Assembly: GCA_018664825.1 (NCBI GenBank)
Contig: JABJNO010000010.1
Span: 8,832 to 72,831 of the forward strand
Source of the DNA: Candidatus Parcubacteria bacterium
GTDB lineage: Bacteria; Patescibacteriota; Patescibacteriia; UBA1558; GWA2-36-10
Direction: 5' to 3'
Length of the DNA: 64,000 bases
Shown piece by piece: positions 18,509 through 28,525 of this stretch; the stretch's first letter is position 1, and the number at the start of each line of letters is the position of its first letter. The notes beneath the pieces are model-generated. The model worked only from the letters and a program-made list of their open reading frames with translations. It had not been told where the DNA came from and searched no databases. The position numbers and the translations under genes are program-made.

Positions 18509-19514
18509 ATATTTCAAATGATTGGCGAAATCTTTCGTACATCTCTTCATCATAATCACCCATACTATAATACCTACCAATGATATAGATAGTATCCCCT
18601 ACCACAAAAATTTCTCCTTCTTCCATATCATTGCCTACTCGCAATGATAAAGACAAGGTGCGAAAATCTTTGAATTGGCCAAACTCAGAAAATACTACTT
18701 CCTGAATAGGGTGAGTGTCCATCGAATCTACCATCTCTTGCATTAGAATATCTGACTCTGGTATTTCCTCATCTTCAGGATATTTATAAAAATCTATAAA
18801 AAATGACACCTCATCATCATCCAAATCTACATAATAGGTATTAGCCTCCATGGTTGTGTCTCTTTGGACAAAACCAAAAACATAACTATCATGCAAGACC
18901 TTGGCAGGAAACTCTACCTTAAAATTTCCCTTTATCGAAGTAAATTCTTTCCATTCTATTTCTTGTTTTTTGACTTCTTCGGCAACTATTTTTTGTTTTG
19001 GTGCTTCAAAATTGTCAAAGGTACCAAAGTAGTTCAATAAATAAAAAATCATTGGTATAGATATCAAGACAGTCAAAATCAAGATAATCAGCCATGGATT
19101 TATTTTTTTATGGGCTACAGCCAGATGACTAGTATCGTCTGTTTTACTTTTGAGTAAATATATAGAATAGATTATAGAAAAAAGATATATCAAAACAATC
19201 CAAGCATCACCTATGGTATCAAATATTCCACCATGATTGATGATGACCGCTAGATAAAAAAGATAAATTACAAAACCAAAAAAATATACAATAGGCATCA
19301 CTAGATATTTTTTGTTTATCTTTTCTCTCAAAACATAAACTACTACCACTATTGATAACAAAAGCAAGACAATCTCTGGTAAGGTAGTAAAAAATAAAAC
19401 ATCATCCAATACTTCGTTGGTATAAATATATTCTACAGTAATACCCAACAAAAGATTGATAGTAGTAACAATTACCATCAGCCAAGTATAAGTTTTGAGT
19501 AGCGTATTTTTCAT
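18492..19514 (-). CDS. Hypothetical integral membrane protein (5 N-terminal TM helices plus C-terminal soluble domain)
   Basis: Hydrophobic N-terminal half. No recognisable catalytic motif. Confidence 0.45.
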   Translation of the reverse strand: MKNTLLKTYTWLMVIVTTINLLLGITVEYIYTNEVLDDVLFFTTLPEIVLLLLSIVVVVYVLREKINKKYLVMPIVYFFGFVIYLFYLAVIINHGGIFDTIGDAWIVLIYLFSIIYSIYLLKSKTDDTSHLAVAHKKINPWLIILILTVLISIPMIFYLLNYFGTFDNFEAPKQKIVAEEVKKQEIEWKEFTSIKGNFKVEFPAKVLHDSYVFGFVQRDTTMEANTYYVDLDDDEVSFFIDFYKYPEDEEIPESDILMQEMVDSMDTHPIQEVVFSEFGQFKDFRTLSLSLRVGNDMEEGEIFVVGDTIYIIGRYYSMGDYDEEMYERFRQSFEILKNPE

Positions 19515-19737
19515 AAGTTTATTTTAGCATTTTTTGGGGTATAAAAAAAGACTTGCCACTTTTTGTGCGGCCAAAAAGTAGCAGAAAAAGCCGCCGAGCA
19601 GAGCCAAGATTCACAGAATTTAGGACTTCGTCATCACTGATGGCACGAAACTCGCCTACAGCTCAAACAATCGCACCATCTCCTTCGGAATGTTCTTCCT
19701 TGTCTCTAAATTTCTAGTTCACCTTGTCTAAGCTCAG

Positions 19738-20289
19738 TTAATTTAAATTATCCCCTATCTCTTTAAAAATAATCTTATCTTCTTCCAGCATTTCATCATA
19801 AGTTTTATATAATGAAATCTCTCCTGTGTTAATATCAATAATAAAATATGATGGTATTTCTTCCATACTACGATACTGAAAATTTTCTAAATTTCCATCT
19901 TTTAAAAAACTACGTAAATATAATAATTCGGAATTATTACCATCACCCAAAATAGTAGAAAAATATTTTTGAGGATTTCCATAATCTAACTTATCATAAA
20001 TATAAATTTTTTGATCTTTTAATAAATACTGGTCTAAATCCAAAATTGAAACGACATTATAATTATGTTTATCATCCCATATTCTATAGTAACCACTTAT
20101 CTTATCTTTATCTATGTTTATAAGACCAAAACAATTTTGAAATGATACATCAGTTCCACTCCTATCTATAAAATTTTCACAATTTGAAATTTTATTTTTA
20201 TAATATAAATTAGACCAAAGGGGGTATAAAAATAGTAATGTTAGAAGTATTATGATAAAAATTAATGATTTATTTTTGTTCTTTAACAT
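19738..20289 (-). CDS. Hypothetical membrane-anchored small protein; candidate immunity protein for the upstream Rhs toxin
   Basis: Sits immediately 3' of the Rhs gene (14-nt gap), same strand. N-terminal TM anchor LIFIIILLTLLFLYPLW. This position is typical of rhs immunity genes. Confidence 0.4.
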   Translation of the reverse strand: MLKNKNKSLIFIIILLTLLFLYPLWSNLYYKNKISNCENFIDRSGTDVSFQNCFGLINIDKDKISGYYRIWDDKHNYNVVSILDLDQYLLKDQKIYIYDKLDYGNPQKYFSTILGDGNNSELLYLRSFLKDGNLENFQYRSMEEIPSYFIIDINTGEISLYKTYDEMLEEDKIIFKEIGDNLN

Positions 20290-20302
20290 ATTGATATTTT
20301 AA

Positions 20303-23300
20303 TTATCTATTAAATTTATGTTCGAATTGTATATCTATATTATAGTTAGAGACTACACCCAAATTCTGCCCTAAAGCTGTATAATTATTGGCTGAATCAG
20401 AAAATAAATTATCATATCCAGAGTCAAAAGAGAAATCATATTTATCTGTAATGTATGTATTAAATGTCCATTCTCCATTTTCTTTATGCCCTCTGATCAA
20501 ATTTGTATACGTACCATGTATTGAAGTTTTTAAATCACCAGAATTAAATTCAAGTCTTTCATCTTTATTAACATTTTTATCACTATACTGTATAATTCTA
20601 TCTTTATTATTACTTTCTGCCTCAGAAACTAAATTTCTTAATTTATCCTTATATTCACCAGATGCTTTTATTTCATCTATAATATAAGAATGCTCATTAT
20701 TTGATCTCACACTAATGTCACTAGGATTCAATGATAAAGAGTGGTCAAGAAAATCCGCAGAAGCTCGCTTACCGGTGGCCTGATAATAACCTACGCCTCC
20801 CACGAAATGAGATTTTATAGTTGCTGTTCCAAGAGGATTTAGCAGCCAAGCTCTTAAAGAGGCGTTTCCTGTTGGATCTACATAAACTACCGGATTATTA
20901 ACTGCGTAGGCATAAGAGTTTAATTCTTGCGGGTTCGCCAAAAGTACACCTGTATCTTTATTATACTCACCTGAGTCTAAAATATCAACCATTAACGGGT
21001 CAATAGATAAGAAATGCCCCGTCTCATTGTCATAGTACCTATTTACAAAATATTGTATACCCGTCTCTTCATCAACTTCTTTTCCGGTAAAGTCATATTC
21101 ATTACTCATATTTGTAACAATGTTTTCGTATGCTTTACTACCATATGGATAATAGTCTATTTGTTCAGCTACTGTGCCCGTATCATCTGTAAGTATAGAG
21201 CTAGAACCCAAATGATCTCCCAATAGATAATATGGATTATCATTGTTGTTTAAAGTAGCTAGTTTTATGTTTCCCAAATATACATGACTTTTAGTATTGT
21301 CTCCCAAATCTTTTTGGAAATATTTATCTACATACTTATCTTCTTTTATTCTACGCCATTCCCAGTGTCCTCCTCCACCCATAGGAGCAGCCATACCTCT
21401 CATCATGATTGGCTCTTCGTGTGGATCTGGTGGGATAAACACATAATCTTCAGTGTATTTGAGCATTCTTTGATTGTTGTGATCATACTTATAATAAGTA
21501 CTATTTTCAGTAGCTATATCATAAGTACTCTTTAGTCTACTGCGGTGATCCCAGGCAAACTTGGTGATGCCACCATTTCTAGTCATATTACCAGCATCAT
21601 CGTACATAAATGTCCTAGTATCATAACCAGACAATTGATGAGGATTGTCATTGTCGTAGTCCATAACGCCAAGATTGCTATTGTAGGTCATATTGCCCAC
21701 AGCATCATACTGATATGTGCGTGTATAATCATCGGTCGGATGAGTGACATAAGAAACTGTACTAGTGCCCAGACGATTTAGATCGTCGTATTGATAATCT
21801 ACTGTCTTGGCCAAGTCAGTATCAGAAGCGTCTACAATCTGCATGATGTTACCGATATTATCATAATCATAGTGCATGTCTTGTAGAGTAGTTGTGCTTT
21901 GTACTGATACCAGATCTGTAAGTCGGAAATTTTCCAATGGATCATAAGTATAATCTGTAATTACGCCATTGGCTCGTTCGTAGTGAGTCATCTGGCCATT
22001 TTGATTGTACTCTATACTGTCTGACAAGATAGCACCTCCTGTGCCTTTATCCAAAAGCACCTCGTCTACTTGCCCCACGCCATTGAATGCGTAGGTGACG
22101 ACCCATCCATTTGGATAAGTAATTTCTTTGAGATTACCACCAAGGTTGTAGTCATACTTCATGACAAAACTTTCGTTTTCTATGGTAGTGGTCGCTGTCC
22201 TTAGTCTACCCAAGGTGTCATAGTCATAGGCCTTGCTATTACCTCCTCCATAATCTGCAAATGACAATTGTCCAACGTCATCGTTTTGATCATAGGTATA
22301 GCTTATTTGATTTGCTCCTGAAAGCTTTTCATACAAAACTCTATTGAGATCATCATAAACATATGATATGGCATCGCCTTTAAAACTAGCTTCTGTCAAA
22401 ACATTACCATTTTTGTCGTGAGTGTAGTTTATCTTTTCTGGAGTAGCGACAGATGACTTATGGACCATGTCCTGCCAGTCTAGATTGTCCAAAACATCAT
22501 AGTGGAAATTACGGATGTTGCCCTGACTGTCTGTGATTTTTTCTAGCTTGTTGGTCAAGGTATAATCATAGCCAGTGGTATAAGTACTAACGCCATTGTA
22601 TTCTTTGACTTCTACTAGATTGCCATATGCATCCTTGGTCAAATCTTTTTGAATACCATTGGCATCGGTGATAGTAGTTTTGAAGCCATCGTATTCGTAG
22701 CTAGTCACTCCTGTTGGAGTAGACTCTGACAATACCCTGTCCAAAGCATCATATGTATATGTCTTGGCTGGCTTGGTCAGATTTGGACTACTGTATGAAA
22801 TACTATTCGTAATATATGGCAAAGACTGATGAACTACTCTACCCTGCGAATCATACAACGTGTCTACTGTAGTATATTGACCAGTTGTAGCTGTGTTGGC
22901 TTTTTTCTGGATTACTCTATCTAGTCCATCATAGTATTCACGGCTAGTACTAAAATTTGATGCGTCAAAATAATCTTTTACCTCTACATAACGAGGTAAA
23001 GTACTATCTTGGTAGCTTATTTCTTGTTTTTTGACCAAGGTGGCTGGAGTGTCAGCGTCTGAAATCCAAACTTCTTTGGTCCTACCAAAAGCGTCAAATC
23101 TATTGACGGTCTTGGCTCCTGTTGGAGATGTAGTTGTTGCTACCTGACTGTTGAATAGATTGTATTCTGTATAGGTTGCTTGGTTGAGATCATTGGTAGT
23201 GGTAGCTGGATATAGATTATGACTATCATAAGCTATGGTTGTAGTAGCTTTTTCAGGGCTAATTTCTTTGTTTACCAGGCCATAACTATTGAACTCTCTA

Positions 23301-26300
23301 TCTATCTCTACACCATCTGTAATGTAGTCTTCTTTGGTAAGATTTACTTTATCTACAGAGCCATGAGCCTGCTTGTTGTAATACAAGTCCTGCTCTTTGC
23401 TGTCTACTGTGTCTGAGATAGTCCTAGTCTTTGGAGCAGACAAAATGTGTTTAGTGGTATTTTGAGCGTATTCATAATCAGTGTCTTTTTCGTCACCTGA
23501 TAAGATGTTGGTTATTTGTCCTGTATCTATATTGGCCACTACTTTACCCAAATTTGCCTCCGTATCTAAATTACCATTTATAAAATTATAATAATTTTCT
23601 TTAGCCACACTAGTTTCATAATATGGTTCTTGGGTATTATGATAATAATTATAAATCGAGGTACCGCTACGAGCTACATTTGATATCCTAAACTCATCCA
23701 TAGAGAACAATCCTGCATCATTGCATGATTCTTTGTGACAAGCCAAAACCAAATGAGTGTTTACAACAGGGTCCAGGGTCAGGGTCACTGGCGCTTGCCC
23801 AGCCAAATCACCATCTATATAAATATAAGCATTATTGGTATCCATCACAAAAGCAAAATGTTGCCATTGTCCTAATTTTATCAAACCAGTATCTGATATA
23901 ACTGTCCAAGTATATTTATCCGCACTAGAAGTAAATACTATATATGAATTATCATTAGAATATTCAACATAAAAGCCATGATCATAGCTATCTTTGTTAC
24001 CCAAGGGTCTACCTGCTATAGCCTTGGCTCCGTTATTTTTTATCCACCCCTCTATACTAAATGCCCCAGCTCCCAAACCACCGATGTTTGTATCCAAACG
24101 CATTGAACCCCCTGTGGATCTATAGGATCCATCAACTTCCTCATTGAAACCAACGTCAATGGCACTTATATTTTCTTCTGTTAAATCATAAGCTGCATTT
24201 CCTTGGGCGTTATCTTTTTTTTCTGCGGTATCCCGAGGACCATCCATGTGGTATAGGGCTATAGTACTAGCATCAGAAGAGTACTCTGCCAAGGGCCCTT
24301 CTTCAAGTAAGTGAATTTGTGTATTTATATTTTCATCAAGATAAGTAAATTTTCTATCACCACTCAAATTGTATGTTAGCCAATTATTATTTTGTTTACT
24401 TAGCAAATTATCACCTGAGTCATATTTACTATTTGATTTTAATCTACCATGTAAATACAAGTTATCATCTTTGGCAATATGATATTCATTTATAGTTTTC
24501 TGCATTTCAGCTCCAACAGAATTTTTGATAGAATAATCAAATTCACCTAGACTATAATAACTTGGATTGGTGGTACCTACGATTGTATCTGCTTCTACAC
24601 TAATACGCCCATCAGCTCCGTTGCCACCATTATTTGAATAACTACCTACTCCACCATCGCCTCCGTAAGCATGAATAAGGTTGGTACCCAAGTCAGCTGT
24701 TTCTATAACTCTTATATTAATACTGCCACCAGAGCCTCCTCCAGCTCCTCCGGTATAATGCCCTGCATTTCCATCCCCATCTCCTCCATCTATACCATTG
24801 GCATTTATTTCTCCATTTACTATCAAACTATTAGCAAAAATCTGAACAATGCCTCCACCGGCACCACCATGAGCTCCATTGGCAGGTAAAGAGTAGCCAG
24901 AGCCTCCTCCGCCAGAACCAGCAAAAATAGGATCCAACTCTTGATTTCCATAAGTCACTCCACCAATGCCATAGGGAGCAGAAACTTGTCCGTCTTGTCC
25001 ATCGGCAACGTGCCCGGCACCGCCACCGCCTCCTGTTCTCTCTAAATTTACATATCCTCCACCGCCTCCTGCACCAGGACCACCTCCCGGTTGACCATAA
25101 AGGCCAGCTGCACCACCTCCAGAATAACCTTTGCCTTCGGCAGTTAAAATACCATCAATCGTAACTTGTCCTTGTACTTTGATTATTACACCCGACTCTA
25201 CTGTGATAGTGTGTCCGGATTGGATGTGCATAGAAGTAAAATTTTTATTAGTAGTCCAAGTTGTAGAAGTTGTAGAAATAAAAACTCCATCTGAACCATC
25301 TCCCATATCTACATCTGGCATAGCTTGTCCTGTTTTATTCTGGGCTTTAGCAAAGCCAAAAACATCTTTTATTTTGTCAGATGGATAACTCTCTGCTTTA
25401 CCGTCTGAATATTGATATTCTTTTCCTATCCACTCATCCATTCCATTATCAACCACCACTTCTTTGACTGTATAAATATTAAAAGGAAGCTCTGGATTTA
25501 GTAGATTTCCATTTTCATCTTTTTCGTTGGCCGAATAATCATAATATACACGTAGCTTGGCGCCCGATTGATAATTTACCTGTTCCAAAATATCCAATTT
25601 TTCTCCCTCACCATAATAAACAGTGTCAGAGGCTGATCCCCAAGAATGCATTACATCTTGCGCTTGATCTCCATTGAAATCTGCAATAGCTACTGGTATT
25701 GAATTATTATAATAACTAATACTGCTTATCCAGCCGGTATCAAATATCGTTTGATCTAATAAATATATAGTCCCTTTAGAATTCCAATCTGTGCCAGAAT
25801 TCCAAGTATCTTTAGAAAAAGATCCTACATCAAAAATTCCATCACCATCAACATCCATGATGTAACTAACATTTAATCCAGAGCTAGTATTTACTACATA
25901 ATGACTTGGTCTATTAGGAGCAGTAAAAACACTAGAATTATATAATAAACTACCTGTATTCAAATAAACTGCTTCGCCCTCATCTATTATTGGTACGCCG
26001 CCTGCCTCATAAGAATAAATACAATAATAATTATAATATACATCTAATAAACCATCATTGTTTACATCGGAAAATCCAAATGGATCACCTCCATATTTTA
26101 AACAATCACTAGAAGCCATGTCCACAGAGACATTATAATCTAAGCCTATATCCCAATTCCCTGTAATGATATTTCGCATATAAACATCCACTTCTGAATC
26201 ATGATTGGCTGGATGATGATTATAAACAATGTCATCATAACCATCTTTGTTCATATCTTGAAACATTACAGTGTTCATAAGTGCTCCACTGTTACCAGCA

Positions 26301-27910
26301 CTCTGAAATAAAGATACTGGTAAAGTATGAACAATCGGAGAATCCCAACCACTCCCATTATTATAATAAATATTTGTATCTGTCACCATATCTATCAAAT
26401 GATCTCCATTTAATTCGGCAAATGATACTGGCACCGAATATCTTATGCCAATACCAGCACAAGTAAAGCCACTGCCAAAACTTTCTGAAAATGCAGCAGA
26501 ACTCGTCCAACCACCGTCTCCGTCATTGAGATAAACATCTGTACTTAAATTTGTATTGGAACAATTTATACGTATATAATCTGTAAAACTGTCAGAATTC
26601 AAATCAATAAACATATCACGCTTATTGGTGGTAACACTCAATCCCTCGCCAAGATAATAGCTATTTGGCAAAGTATAGCCAGTGCCCTCTGCATAAGTAG
26701 TCGGCTGATAACTATATTCAAAATCTACTTGATCTTTTACAGAAAAATTACTACCTTCATAATATTTTGGTACTATAGAATCAAGTAAGTATTTATTCTG
26801 ATTAGTATTTAAAGATAAGTCTAAATCATAAGAAGTAAACAAGCTACCATCAATTTTGATATCTATTTTATCTACTAAATATTTTGTTTGAACTGCAAAA
26901 CCAGTTTCATAAGAAAGATTCAACAAATTATTTTCTACTGGAGTACCATGAGCAAAGGGCTCAAAATTTACTGTAAAAATCCCATCTGTGGTGCCGTATC
27001 CAGTATAAGTAATTTTCTTTGGATAAATTTCCCCTGAATCTTTATAGTATTCATACTTCACATAATTATCATTGGTATCTCTCACTTCTTCGAGCATCCA
27101 TTTATAAACTTGACTGGTATTACCAGGATTATCTTGTCTAGCCAGAGCAGAGCTTCCATAGCTATAAACCGTGCCCATTTTATCAGTAACAATCCACTTA
27201 TTAGCACTATTAAATTCAATCTTAGAAAAATCATTTTCCACTAATTTTCCATATGTACCATAACCATTTCCATCTACACTAATAGGCTCCAATCTACTGC
27301 CATTTAGTAAAAAATAATTTTGACTATACATATTATCAACACCCGTCCTATTTTCTCTACTAACACTAGGCATTGATACTTCCCAACCAAAACCAAGCAT
27401 AGAACCAATGTTTGTCTGCCGATGATTATACTGCAGAGCAACGCTTGGTTGTAGACCGTTTCTACCTTGGGGAATTTGAATAGGATAACCATAACTAAAT
27501 GCACCTGTAAATTCATCTACATTGTATTGACCTGTTTGGTCTTTTGGTTTTAAGCCAGAGTTGTCCCGTCCAGCGTACATATCCAAAGGAACTTCATCTC
27601 CGGAAGTCAACAGTGCCATTGGATCTTCAATCGGCGCTTCAATTGTTGGATCCTCTACTATTGGATCTACTACAATCGGATCATCTATTATTGGTTCTTT
27701 AATAATCTCCGGCACTTGCTTTATTTCCTCCGGAATAGGCAAGGCAAGTTCCTGAACTCCCTCCACAGCCTGCATTTGTTCTACAAGTGCTTCTACTTGC
27801 ACTTCCCTGGCTTGAACAGACAGAGTCGGTGCTAGCGAAGTAAATACCAAACTACAAATCAAAAATCTGATTGTGATTTGATAAAATCTTGATTTTTTAG
27901 TTACTTTCAT
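20303..27910 (-). CDS. Giant secreted Rhs/YD-repeat polymorphic toxin (SpvB-like N-domain, FG-GAP/VCBS repeats, Gly-rich region, LamG-like domain, YD repeats, Rhs core, variable C-terminal domain)
   Basis: Signal peptide MKVTKKSRFYQITIRFLICSLVFTSLAPTLSVQA. SpvB-like segment IQIPQGRNGLQPSVALQYNHRQTNIGSMLGFGWEV. FG-GAP-like VNNDGLLD / DVDGDGIFD / DFNGDQAQD. Many YD repeats (YTYDALDRVLSE, YEYDGF, YDYTLTNKLEKITDSQGN). Rhs core YLLGDHLGSSSILTDDTG...YYPYGS...FTGKEVDEETGIQYFVNRYYDNETGHFLSIDPL...NPVVYVDPTGN, followed by a C-terminal extension of about 220 aa. Confidence 0.85.
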   Translation of the reverse strand: MKVTKKSRFYQITIRFLICSLVFTSLAPTLSVQAREVQVEALVEQMQAVEGVQELALPIPEEIKQVPEIIKEPIIDDPIVVDPIVEDPTIEAPIEDPMALLTSGDEVPLDMYAGRDNSGLKPKDQTGQYNVDEFTGAFSYGYPIQIPQGRNGLQPSVALQYNHRQTNIGSMLGFGWEVSMPSVSRENRTGVDNMYSQNYFLLNGSRLEPISVDGNGYGTYGKLVENDFSKIEFNSANKWIVTDKMGTVYSYGSSALARQDNPGNTSQVYKWMLEEVRDTNDNYVKYEYYKDSGEIYPKKITYTGYGTTDGIFTVNFEPFAHGTPVENNLLNLSYETGFAVQTKYLVDKIDIKIDGSLFTSYDLDLSLNTNQNKYLLDSIVPKYYEGSNFSVKDQVDFEYSYQPTTYAEGTGYTLPNSYYLGEGLSVTTNKRDMFIDLNSDSFTDYIRINCSNTNLSTDVYLNDGDGGWTSSAAFSESFGSGFTCAGIGIRYSVPVSFAELNGDHLIDMVTDTNIYYNNGSGWDSPIVHTLPVSLFQSAGNSGALMNTVMFQDMNKDGYDDIVYNHHPANHDSEVDVYMRNIITGNWDIGLDYNVSVDMASSDCLKYGGDPFGFSDVNNDGLLDVYYNYYCIYSYEAGGVPIIDEGEAVYLNTGSLLYNSSVFTAPNRPSHYVVNTSSGLNVSYIMDVDGDGIFDVGSFSKDTWNSGTDWNSKGTIYLLDQTIFDTGWISSISYYNNSIPVAIADFNGDQAQDVMHSWGSASDTVYYGEGEKLDILEQVNYQSGAKLRVYYDYSANEKDENGNLLNPELPFNIYTVKEVVVDNGMDEWIGKEYQYSDGKAESYPSDKIKDVFGFAKAQNKTGQAMPDVDMGDGSDGVFISTTSTTWTTNKNFTSMHIQSGHTITVESGVIIKVQGQVTIDGILTAEGKGYSGGGAAGLYGQPGGGPGAGGGGGYVNLERTGGGGGAGHVADGQDGQVSAPYGIGGVTYGNQELDPIFAGSGGGGSGYSLPANGAHGGAGGGIVQIFANSLIVNGEINANGIDGGDGDGNAGHYTGGAGGGSGGSINIRVIETADLGTNLIHAYGGDGGVGSYSNNGGNGADGRISVEADTIVGTTNPSYYSLGEFDYSIKNSVGAEMQKTINEYHIAKDDNLYLHGRLKSNSKYDSGDNLLSKQNNNWLTYNLSGDRKFTYLDENINTQIHLLEEGPLAEYSSDASTIALYHMDGPRDTAEKKDNAQGNAAYDLTEENISAIDVGFNEEVDGSYRSTGGSMRLDTNIGGLGAGAFSIEGWIKNNGAKAIAGRPLGNKDSYDHGFYVEYSNDNSYIVFTSSADKYTWTVISDTGLIKLGQWQHFAFVMDTNNAYIYIDGDLAGQAPVTLTLDPVVNTHLVLACHKESCNDAGLFSMDEFRISNVARSGTSIYNYYHNTQEPYYETSVAKENYYNFINGNLDTEANLGKVVANIDTGQITNILSGDEKDTDYEYAQNTTKHILSAPKTRTISDTVDSKEQDLYYNKQAHGSVDKVNLTKEDYITDGVEIDREFNSYGLVNKEISPEKATTTIAYDSHNLYPATTTNDLNQATYTEYNLFNSQVATTTSPTGAKTVNRFDAFGRTKEVWISDADTPATLVKKQEISYQDSTLPRYVEVKDYFDASNFSTSREYYDGLDRVIQKKANTATTGQYTTVDTLYDSQGRVVHQSLPYITNSISYSSPNLTKPAKTYTYDALDRVLSESTPTGVTSYEYDGFKTTITDANGIQKDLTKDAYGNLVEVKEYNGVSTYTTGYDYTLTNKLEKITDSQGNIRNFHYDVLDNLDWQDMVHKSSVATPEKINYTHDKNGNVLTEASFKGDAISYVYDDLNRVLYEKLSGANQISYTYDQNDDVGQLSFADYGGGNSKAYDYDTLGRLRTATTTIENESFVMKYDYNLGGNLKEITYPNGWVVTYAFNGVGQVDEVLLDKGTGGAILSDSIEYNQNGQMTHYERANGVITDYTYDPLENFRLTDLVSVQSTTTLQDMHYDYDNIGNIMQIVDASDTDLAKTVDYQYDDLNRLGTSTVSYVTHPTDDYTRTYQYDAVGNMTYNSNLGVMDYDNDNPHQLSGYDTRTFMYDDAGNMTRNGGITKFAWDHRSRLKSTYDIATENSTYYKYDHNNQRMLKYTEDYVFIPPDPHEEPIMMRGMAAPMGGGGHWEWRRIKEDKYVDKYFQKDLGDNTKSHVYLGNIKLATLNNNDNPYYLLGDHLGSSSILTDDTGTVAEQIDYYPYGSKAYENIVTNMSNEYDFTGKEVDEETGIQYFVNRYYDNETGHFLSIDPLMVDILDSGEYNKDTGVLLANPQELNSYAYAVNNPVVYVDPTGNASLRAWLLNPLGTATIKSHFVGGVGYYQATGKRASADFLDHSLSLNPSDISVRSNNEHSYIIDEIKASGEYKDKLRNLVSEAESNNKDRIIQYSDKNVNKDERLEFNSGDLKTSIHGTYTNLIRGHKENGEWTFNTYITDKYDFSFDSGYDNLFSDSANNYTALGQNLGVVSNYNIDIQFEHKFNR

Positions 27911-27950
27911 ATTGGTGTTGTTAATATTTTAAAATAAATTTCTACTATTA

Positions 27951-28523
27951 TTAATTGTTTAGAAGTAATTCAACATTTTTCTTTGAAAATGATATCAATG
28001 ATAACACAACTTCATCTATGGTATCTGTTGAAAATCTTTTTTTACCCGTAATTTCTGTATCAACCAACTTTTCGTTATCAATATAATAATACCCATCAAA
28101 ACCAAGTTCTACTCTTGTATAATCAAGTGTCCCTGTATTATTAGGATCTGGAAAATATTCTTCCGTTTCGTGTATCATTATTAATTTTTTGTCTAAAAAA
28201 TAATATTCATAAGTAACTACACCATAAGAAAAGCCTAGTTTCTCTACAATCTTATGAATCCCCTCATTTTTAAAATGACCAGTCAATTGCCCACCTCCAT
28301 CAGTCATATGATCCAAAAACTCTTCATTATTCAATATTTTTATTTCATAATTTTCTTCTTGATCCATCAAATCAACCTTATCTTGAATACCTTTAGCTAT
28401 GGTCTCTTGTGAATTATTTTCTACCACATACTCCGTGTTATTATTTCTAAAAATAACAAAAAATATTGAAGCTAAAATTAATATAGCTGCGAGCAATATG
28501 ATTTTTTTGAATTTATTTTTCAT
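27951..28523 (-). CDS. Hypothetical membrane-anchored small protein; candidate immunity protein for the Rhs-core/M15 toxin
   Basis: Starts 3 nt after the stop of the 380-aa toxin, same strand. N-terminal TM anchor IILLAAILILASIFFVIF with an extracytoplasmic remainder. Confidence 0.4.
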   Translation of the reverse strand: MKNKFKKIILLAAILILASIFFVIFRNNNTEYVVENNSQETIAKGIQDKVDLMDQEENYEIKILNNEEFLDHMTDGGGQLTGHFKNEGIHKIVEKLGFSYGVVTYEYYFLDKKLIMIHETEEYFPDPNNTGTLDYTRVELGFDGYYYIDNEKLVDTEITGKKRFSTDTIDEVVLSLISFSKKNVELLLNN

Positions 28524-28525
28524 AA

